64,000 nucleotides of DNA. Origin: Eutreptiella sp. 'Long Island Sound 2002'. Lineage: Eukaryota; Protista; Euglenida. The stretch is taken from contig OZ038379.1 of NCBI GenBank assembly GCA_964036045.1, forward strand, positions 24,304,001-24,368,000, written 5' to 3'. Shown here piece by piece: positions 12,501 to 25,040 of the stretch. The notes under the pieces were generated by a model. The model was not told where the DNA came from. It saw only the letters and a program-made list of their open reading frames with translations, and made no database searches. A program made the translations under genes and the position numbers. Numbering within the stretch: the first letter of the stretch is position 1; each line of letters begins with the position of its first letter.

Positions 12501-13540
12501 TATCTCACTCAGGCCACCTGTGAACCGCCGTGAGGCCCGGGCATTTGTAGAAACAGTTGGGTCCATACCAGTTGCAATGGAGCACATTGTTCCGTCAGTG
12601 CCCCCAGTGCCATATGCAATTTTTATTTATAATTTGCCCCCCCCCGCCCCCCCAAGGATGGTGTACCTGTGATCCGGGCCAAGGATGCCGTAGATGTTGA
12701 CGCCCTCTCTGATGGCCTTGTACCTGCTGTGCTCAGTGAGGAGTTGCGTGAATTTGACCTGATAGATTTAGACTGAGCAGGAGGGGCGTGGCAATGTCCC
12801 CCCCCCCCCTAGACAGCCCAATAAGCATTTTGATGTGTACTCCCCTATTATTGCGTTCCCCCAAATGTCTGTGCTCTGCGGAGCCCAGCTTTGTCGGAGA
12901 CTGAGTTTTGAGGGGTTGTATGACTGGTTCTTGTTGCTCTAGGCCCTCTCACGATTGCCCAATATGTACCCACATTTGGTCATCTTGTGTTTCTTTCTCG
13001 GGGCCGGGCCAGTCCTAGAGCATGCCATCACCATGCTTTGATCTGTGCACACATCTCCCTATTTTCGTAATGTACTGTGCACCTGCTGCGTCAGCCTGCG
13101 TGACCCTAGAAGAGGTGTGCCTGGCACTGCTTCACTGGTATGCCGTTACGATGTCTGACGGTAAATTGCCATAGGCAGGTTTGGCTCTGTTGTTGCAGGC
13201 CATTTGGACATGCCCAATTTTACTGTTACTCTGTACCTGTGTCAACGAGGGACGTTTTGGTGGGCGTGTTTGATGGTGTGACCATCAGCGTGCACTGGAC
13301 ATCGTATTGGAGATGCCTCTGCAGTGATTAGGTGTTTTGGAGACAACTTTGCCTATTTCAACCTTTGTGGGTGCCGAATTGAATACATTGTTCCGGCTAA
13401 TTTGCTATCCAAATTCGCCGTGGCTAATTTGCTGTCCAAATTCGCCGTAAGCCATCTTTGATGCTTGGAACTGTGTGATTGTTGTGCTGTTTTTACTGCT
13501 GTCATTTGTCCTGTAAAGTCCGTGTGTTTCTAAGACATGT

Positions 13541-14767
13541 GTGACAAACGGCATTGCCATGGATGGCAACCTTGGTGAGACACTAGCGATGGAAACATGG
13601 GAAGCCGAGAAAGTGGGCGCACTGCAGCCAGAGCCCTCCATGGGGGAAGCTGTACAAGGCAGCAATGTTGCTGGGGCCAGCCAAGCTAGTCAATCCCCCT
13701 CTCAAATGGGGAACAAGTCTCGTGTCACACGGAAAATGGGTAGTATCAAGGACTCGACAAGGGTACCGGCCATTGCAAATTACGTGGAGTTGCGCCGGAC
13801 CAAGGCGAGTCACAAGGAATTGAAGATTGACAGGACCATGGAATATGGGCAATCACGGCTCATCGATTGGGACCACGTGGCAGAGGTAAAGAAGGACCTA
13901 CTTGCAAACCCCCCTGATGGCCGACTGCGGCTTCTGGTCTAGGACAACAAAGGTATGGGAATGTTGCAACGCAATTCGATTAGCGTAACGGGCTACTTTG
14001 TCTGCCCTGTGTGATGTGCCATGCTATTTTATTTGGTGGGAGCCCTGTGGGCGATCGGAGGCCAACACGGCGTTGCGGCATGTGATTAAATTTGCAAGGA
14101 TGTGACAGCAAGGATGGGCGAGGTCGAGGACTGGATGAACAATTTTGAGGTGCGCATCATCAAGTGTGATACATCCGTTGAAATTTCGGGAAAGCTGGCC
14201 ACACAACACAATAGGGCGCAACAAAGTGGACGTGAGAGTAGTGTACCCCAACTGTTGAACAATTTCCTACAACTAGCGGCCGAGGACACGGGGTGCAAGA
14301 ACACAGTTGTCACCTTGATGTGCGAGGCAATCGTGGAGGCGGGGCTGACCGCGACGTCCGGCAACACGGAGACAATCGTCAAGCAAATGAGGCCAACAGC
14401 CCATATGGTCCTAACGTGGGGTACCACTTTCACGGACGCACTCACCAAGATGGTGGAGCGCAAGCAGGTGATTGCCCTTTTTACAATGCGGTGGTTCGCT
14501 GGCATGCAACCCGAGAATTTGTGGCGCGTATTCAACTACATGGCCTCGCCGAAGAGTACAATACGAGGCTTCCAGAAACTGTCGAAGGAGCTCCGCGCTT
14601 GGGAATTTTGGTGGTTTCACTTTGGTCATCCCGGCATGCCGGTGAGCGCATCCACCCTTCAAGACGTATGCTATTGCCTTGTAAGCATGTTCGTTTTGTT
14701 GCGAGACATAGCAATGCAACACCGATTCAATGGGTCGCTGCGAGGGAGGCTAGATGAAGTGCAGTGA
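13541..14767 (+). pseudogene. ParB/sulfiredoxin-like domain protein (paralog 1), spliced pseudogene
   Basis: GQSRLIDWDHVAEVKKDLLANPP...[phase-1 GT-AG intron 13953-14042]...WAIGGQHGVAAC (14048-14068)...LATQHNRAQQ. In-frame stops at 13940 and 14087. Confidence 0.7.
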
Positions 14768-14804
14768 CCAATTTCAGTATGACACCAAGCAATTTTACTT
14801 TGCT

Positions 14805-15296
14805 GGGCTCTGCAAAGCCCAGGATCCCATGGGATGCAAAACCACTGGATCTATAGAGACACTGTGCTTCTTGGAACTTCCGCAACTTGACTGATGTTGA
14901 CTGGTGCAACCTTGCGTGATGATGTCCAAGGACCCCCCCGGCCCCCTAGACACCCCCTAATTCTCCATTTTGTTCATGATGGGCTCTGTAGAGCCTAGAT
15001 CAAGCATATTACCAATTGGAGAGTACTGGGCTCTGCATAGCCTAGGATCCCATGGGATGCAAATTCACTGGATCTACAGATACGCTGTGCATGTTGGAAC
15101 TTCCGCAACTTCACTAATGTTGACTGGTGCAACCTTGCCTGATGATGTCCAAGGACCCAAACACCCCCTAATTCTCCATTTTGTTCATGCTGGGCTTTGC
15201 AGAGCCCAAATCAAGCACATTGACCGATTTAAGCCGTCATATTACCAATTGGAGAGTACTGGGCTCTGCAGAGCCCAGGATCCCATGGGATGCAAA
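14805..15296 (+). repeat. ~225-bp tandem repeat (about 2.2 copies) rich in palindromes
   Basis: Units start at 14805, 15028 and 15261 with GGGCTCTGCA.AGCC.AGGATCCCATGGGATGCAAA. Confidence 0.85.
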
Positions 15297-15379
15297 TTTA
15301 TGTTGTGCCAAATCACTGTGACTTGGTGGATCGCTAGAACCTGTTGCAACGTGCTCTCCTCTATGGCCCTTGTGCACAC

Positions 15380-16357
15380 AGGTACTAAGACTGAAGTGGC
15401 TCGCATCTCAAAGAAGTTTAGTCACCGTCTGGCGAATTTTGGTGCATTGCAGGGGAGCTAGGAGTACAGCGAGTCCACGCCGTGGCCACTGCTCGAGGCA
15501 GTGTTGAAGGCAGGTTTGTGGGTCAGCGATCAGGAAGATGTCGAAGCACATTGCAGACTGCTTGGGAGACCAGTGTCGAACCCGGCTGTTGAAGTGTCTG
15601 GTGGGGAGGTGGCAAAGGTCAATGTCGGCAAGGGCCCGGAATGTGGAGAATTTTGGGTGTAAGATGGTCAGTGACCGTAGTGCTCAATGAGATCAAAGTG
15701 CCGAAGTACAATCTTGTCGTCGTCGAAGTCCCCTGGCGAGGAGGGTGCAGTTCTAGTGCGCAAATCGTGCGTGTGCTTTGTCAAGGGGTACTTGGCGCCT
15801 TTCATGGACACCATGGGGATGTGGTCGCTGTGCAACAACACTTATGTTTGCAATTGGAAGATTTGTACCCAACAGCTTTGTGCATGGCTGTCTGCCATCT
15901 AGGAAGCAGAGAAGAACCGTATTTGTTCGAGCAGTCAACTCTGTTGCTTGTGAAGACCCATGATCTGGGCCGTGCCGTGCCGCACTTCCTCACGCAAAAG
16001 TTGTTCACTGAAGGTCTATGGCTGGGTTTGGCTATCCTGTGGTGGTTGGTGAATTTGCCGGAGGACCCCAACGACGACACGGACGACATGCACATGGATG
16101 TTGATGCAGCGCGTTGCCTGTGGGCACTGTACTACGGCTGCCGCCCCGACCTGATGAGTATGGGCTGTATCCACTTGCCTGTCCCGTTGAATTGCACATG
16201 GGGTGTATTATCTGAAGGTCCCTACAATGCAACTGATGTGGTGAACCTGGTGAAGACAAGCGTCCGGAAAGGGGACATGGAGGAAGATGTTGAGTGGCGG
16301 AGTGATGCATTGGGCAAGCACGGGCCATCCGCTGTTCCAACAGCAGGAGTCCCCTGA
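15380..16357 (+). pseudogene. Degraded coding segment downstream of ParB-1, possibly N6/N4 DNA-methyltransferase-like
   Basis: EFWV*DG [frameshift] VLNEIKVPKYNLVVVEVPW resembles the GD...DLIxTDPP(Y/W) start of beta-class MTases. No motif I was found. Confidence 0.3.
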
Positions 16358-17561
16358 CCAGGCAGGTGACGCGGACAATAGTGAGGAAGAAGTCGCTGGT
16401 GTCTACCCGCTGGTTGTAACCTCGGTTGTGGGGGGCGCATGGGGGGGGGGGAGTGTGGGTGGAACACCCAGGGGAAAAAGAGATGTTTCGGGTTGAGAGG
16501 CATCTGTTGTATGCCTCTCATGCTGCAGCAGTGACCCATTGGGAGTAGCAGAAGGCTGCAGCTGGGGGTAAGAAGGCCGCCAAGGCCAAAAAGAAGCCTA
16601 ACCCGAAACCGGACGCCGACCCGCCGGCTGAGCCGGCCCCCAAGCCAGTCAAGCCTGAACCCAAGCGTGAGGACCTCCTACAGCACATATAAAGGTGTTT
16701 ACAATTTGCGTGCTTTGTTTTCCGTGTGTCTGCGCTTCATACTTGTCGACTAGTATGTATGGTGCTTCAATGCCTTGTCTATGACCGGTGCTATGGTGGT
16801 CTTTCGCATATGTAGGGACTGCTATTTTGGGGCGGGGGGGGGGGGGGGCATACACTACGCCGCTTATGGTATCCATTACCACATTGGTGGTCTGGCGTGT
16901 TTATCATTATCGTAATTCATGGGTGCTTTGTGTTGTGTCTATTGATCTGGTGCAGAGCCCAACCAGTAGGAATTCCCTACTTTAGGCCCTGTTACGACTT
17001 GTTTGCCTATACATTGTTGTGTTGGTACACATCCCTGTAATATTACCCTTGTTTTTAGTGAATTTCCTTGTTTTGGGCTGTGTAGAGCACAACTTGTCAA
17101 AAATGCTTGTTTGCACGCTCCTTTCACACAGGTGTTGTTATTTGTTGTTCTAGGGTACACCTTCTTCACAGGTGGTCGATGTATGGTCATCATTGGCATC
17201 ACAATACGACGATTGCTAAGACGACCGCGCCACGTGCCGTTCACAAATACGTGCTCCATTTGTCATATCAGACCGCGAGACATAGTTTTATGGCGGTGCT
17301 GGTCCATTTTCCGTATTTCATACCTCCAAAATGGGAAACAACAGCGGCTGCGCTCATATGTCGTGGGGGCACAAAAATGCTGCTTTTTTGCTGCTTCGCA
17401 CCCCTGAATCGCGCGTCACCGCTCCTCCCCATTCACCCTGGCTGGGAACAGCCCCTCCATTATGCTTGGCTATGCAGTAGAGAGACTAGGCTCTGTGCAC
17501 AACATCAATTTTTTTTTGAAAAAAACGATAGGGGGCACTATGCGCCTCCTAAGACCAGGCC

Positions 17562-18599
17562 ATGTATGTTGTGCTTCAATTGGCTAACAACTCTTCGGCA
17601 CCAGTCTTACCGAAGTTATGCGACATCACCATGTACTACGGCTACTTGAAAATGTTGTACAGCTACTGGATGCAGCCACTCCCACTGTGCCATGTGTATG
17701 GCTCCGTTTCTCCCTTGTTCGGTATCCGGCGTCCATATAAGTACTATGTTGATCACACGTACGATGCTTTCCTATTCATGGTGGCACTTGAAAACGAAGG
17801 GTTCCTTCAAAACCCAGCGGAAGGACAACTGTATGCATGTCCTTCCCTTATTGTTAAGGAGCGTCTTATTTTCGCTATATACCTCTCCATACCAGCTATA
17901 CGTGCTCACTTACGTTCTATTGCTGGCAGTAAAACACTTAAAGATAAGTTGTTAGCAGGGCTATACCGTCTTGTTTGCCAATATGCCTCAGCCTTACTTT
18001 GTCTTTGCATTATGGTGCGTGATTGTTCTTACCGTACACCACTTACGGGTGAAGCAGCCAGGCGGTGCTTGCAGGTTTCTCTTTACTTGATTCAGAAGTT
18101 GAACCCACAGCACAGAGACGGTGGTTACAAGCGAGCTTTGCACTTAGCGCTACGAATGTGGTACCCATACCACTCTTCCCTTCCTGCCTGTGCCTTCGTG
18201 GAGGAGAAGGGGAAGGACCTGTTGTCCCGTTTGGCAAGGGCAGTGGCCGAAGACCCAAGCATTACCAGCAGTGATGACTACCACGACGTTTTTGTTACGT
18301 GATGCCACCAGCAGTCCGGTACTCGGAAGCCCCTAACAAGCCCCCACATAACCCGCGATTCAGTACGAGCTGTGAGCATGCATCTTGCACGGTTGCTAGC
18401 ATGCATTCCTGCCGGTATTGTGCCGGTTGTAAAAAAGATGGCTGCTCGGCCACGGCCGGGTGCCCGGGCTGCCAATACCCTGCAGGCTACTATGGAGTGG
18501 CCGGAGGACCCTGGCTTTCCACCTTGTTTCAACACCCAGGTTGCGGATGCAACCTTGCTGTATGGTGCATACCATTCGCTGGATGTGTTGTTTTTTTAG
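17562..18599 (+). pseudogene. Putative DDE-type (RNase H-fold, helical insert) DNA transposase remnant
   Basis: 246-aa ORF plus continuation. LFGI(RR)PYK is two transitions from GIWHPYK; also MVRDC, YKRALHLAL and AFVEEKGxxLLSRL near a possible catalytic Glu. Confidence 0.4.
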
Positions 18600-19658
18600 T
18601 GAGACAAAGGTAGAAAGTCACCCTAGGTTTGATGCAGCAAGGGCGCATCTACCTCGCGATGTGGCCGAGGTACCTGTGCACCATGCGTCCTGCAAGTTCA
18701 AGCAGCGGTTCATAAACTTCTGTGCCCATTTTGGGTATGCAAGCCCACACCCCTTCCCCGCTGACGGGGATGCTCTGGGGGATCCGGCCCCCCCGGACGC
18801 ACCGGCAGGGGGGGGGTCCCTGTCCCCCCCCCCCCCCCCAAGGTTGTACCCGGGCTTGTTGCGGCAGAGCCTGCACCACGGAACCCCGTGGGTCCTATTG
18901 TGGATGGTGATGATGCCACCAGCACTAATGCATCATCATCCGATGTATCGAGCTCGACGTCTGCTATTGTGAACAATGACAGCTCGGACGGGGTCCACAG
19001 TGTGACTGTTATCGATTAGCCCCACGGTTTTATTGCCAACAATAGAAGACCATGACCGTGCTTGTAAATACATGGCATGCATATGCGGTGGCAGTGTGCT
19101 TTGCTTTCGTGTGTTATGTGCATGGAGTTTGCAGAGTGTTTTACTGTACAGTAGAAGGTACTGTGGGTAACTGGCATGTACACCAATGTCTGTTGCGTCG
19201 TGCGACATCCCTTTCGTACAACACCCGTTCAGCATGGAGTGATTATGTGTTCCGCAGAAAGTGACTGCCTGATGTTCTGCTGTGAGCAATACAATGTACT
19301 GCAAATGAGCAAGGTATAAAGGGATTTCCGGCTCTGAGATGTAGGTTCTTGCCTGGGTTATGAGTCTTGTGAACCGTGTTTCAGCGAAACGCTGCAGGCC
19401 TCTTTTGCTGCACAAGCAATAAGGACTGTGACATTTCAATTCTTGGAAGCAGCGCCTAGGGTTGCCGTGTGTGGATACACGTGATGCACGGAAGTCTGAA
19501 TGTGCAGGGTCTAGCCACGTAGGGGAGAGGCCAAGTGACTGCATGAAGCAATGGGCCAAAACATAGTCTGTACAGTGCCAAATTTGCCTGTAACTCAGGC
19601 CATTTCAGCCTTTTTTTGATTTCTTTGCGTATCTATCCATGGGACCACTTGTAGTGAA

Positions 19659-21095
19659 ATGGTTTTTGATGATGGCAGTGCTCGCGGGGGTGCGCAGGAT
19701 ACAGGGCCGCCTGCAGGAGCAGCCCCGCCCTCAGAGACTGCCCTTGCCCCAACCGTTCCGTTGCTTGATCCTGCCGCGGACCTCTCCGACGACGACATAG
19801 AGGAAGTGCGCATCGGTGCACCACCGGACCCTGGCAGTGGCACATGATAGGACCTGGATGCGGAGCTAGCAGGCTATGACTATGAGGAGGAGGAGGAGGA
19901 GGAGATAGACAGTGGCGGTGAAGAGACAGTGGACGCAACACAACATTGGACGGACGAAGAGGCCAAAGCAGCGTTGACAGAGGTCCGCAAATGGATTGCA
20001 CGGCAGGGGTACGTACCACTAAAGCAACTAGGTTGGTGTGGAGCGCGATGCCGTGGACATTCACGTCCGTTGAGCAGCAGGCGACTGGACAAGATCAGGG
20101 CAAGCTTGCGACTCAGAGGCCTGGTGATGGAGGTGCTGACGTACTTACTTGACCTGCAAGGTATTTGCCACCGCAGTGCAGCAATGTCGTTTGCCTTTTA
20201 CTGCTGACCGTAGAAATCATGTCCGATCTGTGCACTGTTGATGGGAGGCAGCCAGCAAGTGGCTGCTACCAATTTTTTTTGGAGACAATAAAAATATGTG
20301 CTTTGTTTGTCCACAGACTCCATGTACTTCCCTAGTGCGGGTCAGCACATTTCCACCGGCGTACGCGAGATCTTCAACCAGAAGACGGCACCAGTGGCAC
20401 AAGGGGGGGTAGGGTTTGATGAAGCGGACCTACCGAAGCCCTACACACAGACACAGGCCATGGTGATGAAACCAGACACCCCCACAGCTGTGCTGAGGAT
20501 GGCCGGAGGCCTCCACCAGTGAGCCCAACGGAGTCATGAGGAGACCACCTTCAGCGAGATCATTGGAAGCGTGGCAGAACTGTGCCAGCAGCAAAGAGGA
20601 GGGAAGAGCTAGAAAAAGGTGACACTCGATGGAGATGAGATGTGGAGCATCATTCAAGATTTGGGTTTGGAGTACCAGGATTATGAGACACCAGAAAAAA
20701 CGGTATGTTCTACCACTAGCAATAGAAAGTTTCATGGTACCCTATGTGTTGTATGCACACCGCGGCGATGTGACCGTCGGTATTGAGCCAGAAACATGCA
20801 TTACCATTATTGTTGTCACAGCAAGAGCGGGCAGTAACGCAGTGGCGGGGAGTCGCAAACTTTGTTGGCATGATGTATGGCTATCCCGATCTTGTGCCGG
20901 CAATCGAAAAATTCTACGAGTCAAGGGTCCTGGGTCCAGCACCGTTCAAAGAGTCCGCTGGGAACATGTAGTACTGGTACTGCAAGGAGTTCATGGAATG
21001 GTTGACAAATCCGTTGACGAAAAAGGTCACGGTGAGCTCGGTGAATTGTAAATTGAAGGAGTTGCGCCAGCTGCAGGGCATCTACACCCATGTAT
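19659..21095 (+). pseudogene. ParB/sulfiredoxin-like domain protein (paralog 2), spliced pseudogene
   Basis: Acidic N-terminus, GHSRPLSSRRLDKIRASL...[phase-1 GT-AG intron 20161-20316]...YFPSAGQHISTG...GGLHQ*AQRSHEE. In-frame stops. Confidence 0.65.
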
Positions 21096-21334
21096 ACCAC
21101 CTAGACTTGCCGATTCATGACTCGCAACGTATGTCATGCATGTTCTGTGGGCAATCTACTGTCTTGTACACCGGTTTTATTGCCGGCAGTAGAACTGAGT
21201 TCCGAGTGATTTTTCGGACCATTTCGATGCGACAGGCTTGGTGCATACAAATGCAGGTGCCTTTTACTGCTGGCACTAGAACACTGTGTCCAATTGGAAC
21301 CCTGTTGTCTTATTTTCTTAGTCACCGAGAGCAC

Positions 21335-22569
21335 AGTGAAACGTTTGATGGCTTTGGACAACCGGTTGTGGAGTTGGGGACTGCAAGGACGAGCAGCAGC
21401 ACTTTGGAGAGTGGAACGATTGCAGGTGAAGGCAAAGGATTTACTGAAGGCCAAGTTCTGGACACAAGCAGCACCAGGGGTTGAGGAAGAGTCTGTTGGC
21501 AGACATGACTACACAAGGTACTGTGAGCACGGATGCCGCACAGGATGGAGTGGTCGAGGTGGTGGTGAACAACAAGATGCAGACAGTGCGATGTTGCAAG
21601 GACAAGATGGGAATTGTGAGTGTTGCCCACCTGGTAAACATTGAGTTTGGGCTTGAGGAACCGATGGACACAATCCCTGTGGTGCCAGGTGGTAAGTTGG
21701 TGGTTGATGGGACCCCCTGCATTGTGTATGGCCCGAACGCAAGGGAGCAGGCAGCATCCCTACAAGAGAGGCAACCTGTACTGGCAATGTGGCAGAAGAC
21801 TGAGATTGCGGTGTAAAGTACAGGGGAAACGGGCATGGTTGTGAAGGCCAGTCGGACTAAGTTCACATGCAGTGTTCTGTATAATGTGTTGCTCCAACCC
21901 AAGAAATTCATCTTGCATCCTCCATACATGGTTGTGAATTACCCATGGCGCACCTCAATGTTCGGGTGGTATGAACTTCTGGTGCCATCGATGAATATGC
22001 CAGCAGATCCAGCACAACCCATGCTGTTGGTGTTTCCTGCGTCCTGCCGCTCTGCACAACAAATTTTGAAGACAGTGTGAGCCCTTTTGGTGTTTTTTGT
22101 GCGATGGACCATCCGCTTCTGGGATTGCACGGGCCTGCCACCCAAAAGCATGCAGAAGGAACTGTCGGAGGAGGTGAGCACCACGCAAGGCCTGCCACCC
22201 AAAAGCATGCAGAAGGAACTGTCGGAGGAGGTGAGCACCACGCAAAACACATTGCCGCCAAACTTTGAAGGTGAGTTGTCGTTGTTCGCCAATGGCACCC
22301 CCGTGACCCTGGCTGCGCCGAAGGCCCTTGACAAGCGCTTCGAGGAGACAGCGAAACAGGCAAAGAAAATAGACAAGCAGGTGATGAAGCAGGAGGCCAA
22401 GCAGGAGGCCAAGCAAGCTGCCAGGGCAGCCAGTACGCAACCAGTATCCACGGGGGGGGGGGGTTTACTGCCAGCAGTAGAACACCAGCATGCATCAGAC
22501 TATGTGATTACTTCTTCTTCCCCTTACCCCCGGTCTTCTCCAAAAACTTCTGCATGTCCTATGCAGTAG
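21335..22569 (+). pseudogene. Degraded coding segments continuing ParB-2 locus, ending in Lys/Glu/Ala-rich coil
   Basis: Successive protein-like frames (21294, 21481, 21835, 22087) separated by stops and frameshifts. Confidence 0.35.
22132..22245 (+). repeat. Exact 57-bp tandem duplication (19 codons, in frame)
   Basis: GGCCTGCCACCCAAAAGC...CACCACGCAA twice (GLPPKSMQKELSEEVSTTQ x2). Confidence 0.95.
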
Positions 22570-24169
22570 GGATCTTGGTGGCTGCAGAGGTGGAAGTGTT
22601 GGAGCGTGTTGCCGGGCCTGTCTATGCTTTCTCTTGCGTATTAACGGGAGGCCTTGGCCTCTTCAACCCGCGGGTCTTTCGCTGAACCTCTCCACTTGCA
22701 GCTGTGGCCTCTAGAACAGGAGCAGACTGGGAGGCACTGGCAGACGGCGAGGCTGCAGGGCTGGCCTTGGACTGTGATGCCTTACTCTTTGGAGTACCAG
22801 CAGCAACTGGCCCTGTCGTGTTGTGCCCAGGGTTCTCATCCGGGGCAGGCAAGAGAAAGGGGCTCTCCATCAGACGTGACGGTTGGGATGATGCGCTGGT
22901 CCTCTTGCCGGCTGCCTGCTTGGCACAGCGATGGGTTGGTGCCCTGTGTGTGGGGCAAACAGCGTTGCTTTGCATTGGGCCCTTGCTGCCTGTCAGTGTG
23001 CAGCTGTGCTCTATTGCTGGTAGTAAAAGAAAATTTGTATGTGCCTGTAACTTCTGTTACCCGGTTTGCAACACCCTGCACGCGCACTGCCCATGATGTC
23101 CTGGACCTTCCGGGCTTATTTCTGACACTGTAACAGTATTGTTCTGGTCAGTTCTACTGCTGGTAGTAGTACCCTCATATTGCTATCCTTCAGCATATGT
23201 GTTCACTTATAAGCCACACAGTGTGCCGCTTGCACCACCAGCGAGATGCAGCTGGCAGACCTGCTTAGCAACATGCAGTCCCACTACAATGGAGACAGAA
23301 AGGAGGCGAATGCCCGGGCGTGGGGTATATAGGATTGGCCCAGCAGCCGGCCCAAGGTGGTGCTGTTCCTTGGAGTGCTCGGAATGTCTGTTCCGATGAA
23401 GGCAGTGCTGCTGTCGGTGAGCAAGATGGTCAGGAGCCAGGAGGAAGCATTTGGACATGGAAGGGGGGGTGTTGCAATGCCAAGGTGTGGTTGAGTGTGT
23501 GGGTTTTGTGTTTGGGCGCGATTGCCGGATGGTGGTGTTTAGTGCCATGTGCTGGAGGCTACGGGCCTGTAGTACTTCCCTTCGGGATGTTATTTTGATG
23601 TGTGTGTGGGGTGGGGGGACTCAGTTGTACAGCGGCTTGAGGATTGCATTCGACAATTGTGATGCCATTGGCTTTTGGTGTTGCCTTGTTAGGGAAACGG
23701 AACCACCATGACTGAGTTCTGATTTTTGCCCATTTCGTGCGTGCTTGCCGTTCCTTGCTTGCCGCTGAAAAAGGGTAAGCCCCACCCTACACCCTAAATA
23801 GGGTTATACAACCTGACTGGTCTCACTAGCTCGGTGACCCTAACTGAACCCATAGCAACGGGGGGTTTGAGGGATGCTTTGCGGGACAGCTGTTGATGAA
23901 AAATTTTGCAGTTTGGTCTGTCTGATGACTGCTATACAATCATAGTGAGTGCGTTCGGCTTTACGAACGTGAACGGTGCGATTGGATTTGGATGGACTCC
24001 TCCACCCAACTCCACCTCCGTTTTTCTCATTGTCCCATGATCCACCCCTTTGTTTGTTTTCCTTGGTTACAAAGGAACATGAATTGGTTGCTATTGCAGC
24101 AGTCTGGGAACCCGTGAAACAGATTCCCCCTCCTGCCATCCTCCTTTTGCTGCCTCTGCCTGCATCCCA

Positions 24170-24643
24170 GGTACAAGCACTCCGTCATGACCTGGCAGAT
24201 GCGCGCCAACAAGCAGACAATTTGGCATACATGTTGAACAATTTGAAGGTATGGCTTTGCATTGCTTGTTGCTAGGTCAACGCTTGCTGACTGTTCGTTT
24301 GATTCGCAGCGACAACTGTGCTCACCCCACCAGTGCGTGTGACACTGGGCTACACCAATGTATCACCTGCCTGGGGGGTTCCTCCTGGGTACCACTTGAC
24401 GAAACCCCAGCCGTCCAATCGCTTCTATAGTGTGCAGTTGCTTTGTATGTGGAGGCCCCTCAGCTTTTCAGCTTGTATCTTAACCTTCATCTGCAGCTTG
24501 TCAACGAAAATGCGGGCTGTCATAAGGGAGCAGCAGCATTGATGGAGGATATGCTGTCCACTGCCACAGGTAGATTCAAGCAAATGCAGGCTGCTGAACT
24601 CCGTGACAGGCTTCTCAGCCTGATAGGACCCGTGAATGTTCAG
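24170..24643 (+). CDS. Two exons of a coiled-coil protein (partial)
   Basis: VQALRHDLADARQQADNLAYMLNNLK|GT (24249)...CAG|LVNENAG...LIGPVNVQ|GT (24644); phase-0 GT-AG joins. Confidence 0.4.
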
Positions 24644-24944
24644 GTGTATGTAATTCCTACTCTGACCCCAACTTGTGTTCTGAGGAGTGCAGCAAAAGGC
24701 TGGTGATAGCAGTTTGTGGGCGACCTCACCACCCTTCAGCCAAGTTGCGACCTTGAAACTTGAAACGGTATGCTGGGAGGAGGAAGTACAGGGGGGGGCT
24801 GATTTCGTGATGGGATTTTTCGCTCTAGGATATTTTGCGTTTCAAATTTGTGCCAAAGTTCCCACGCAATTTTCCAGGCCGCCGTGCGCAATAAACTCGA
24901 AATTTAGCAAAATTATCAGTTGTACAGGTGCTTTTGCCATAATC

Positions 24945-24954
24945 GAGAGAGAGA

Positions 24955-25038
<84 letters not shown>
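24945..25038. repeat. (GA)n microsatellite, ~47 units
   Basis: Pure GA run with one GT interruption at 24959-24960. Confidence 0.99.

Positions 25039-25040
<2 letters not shown>

Noticed and set aside
18936-19559. 207-aa minus-strand ORF
   Set aside because: No recognisable motif, and it is antisense to the neighbouring genes. Cannot be supported.
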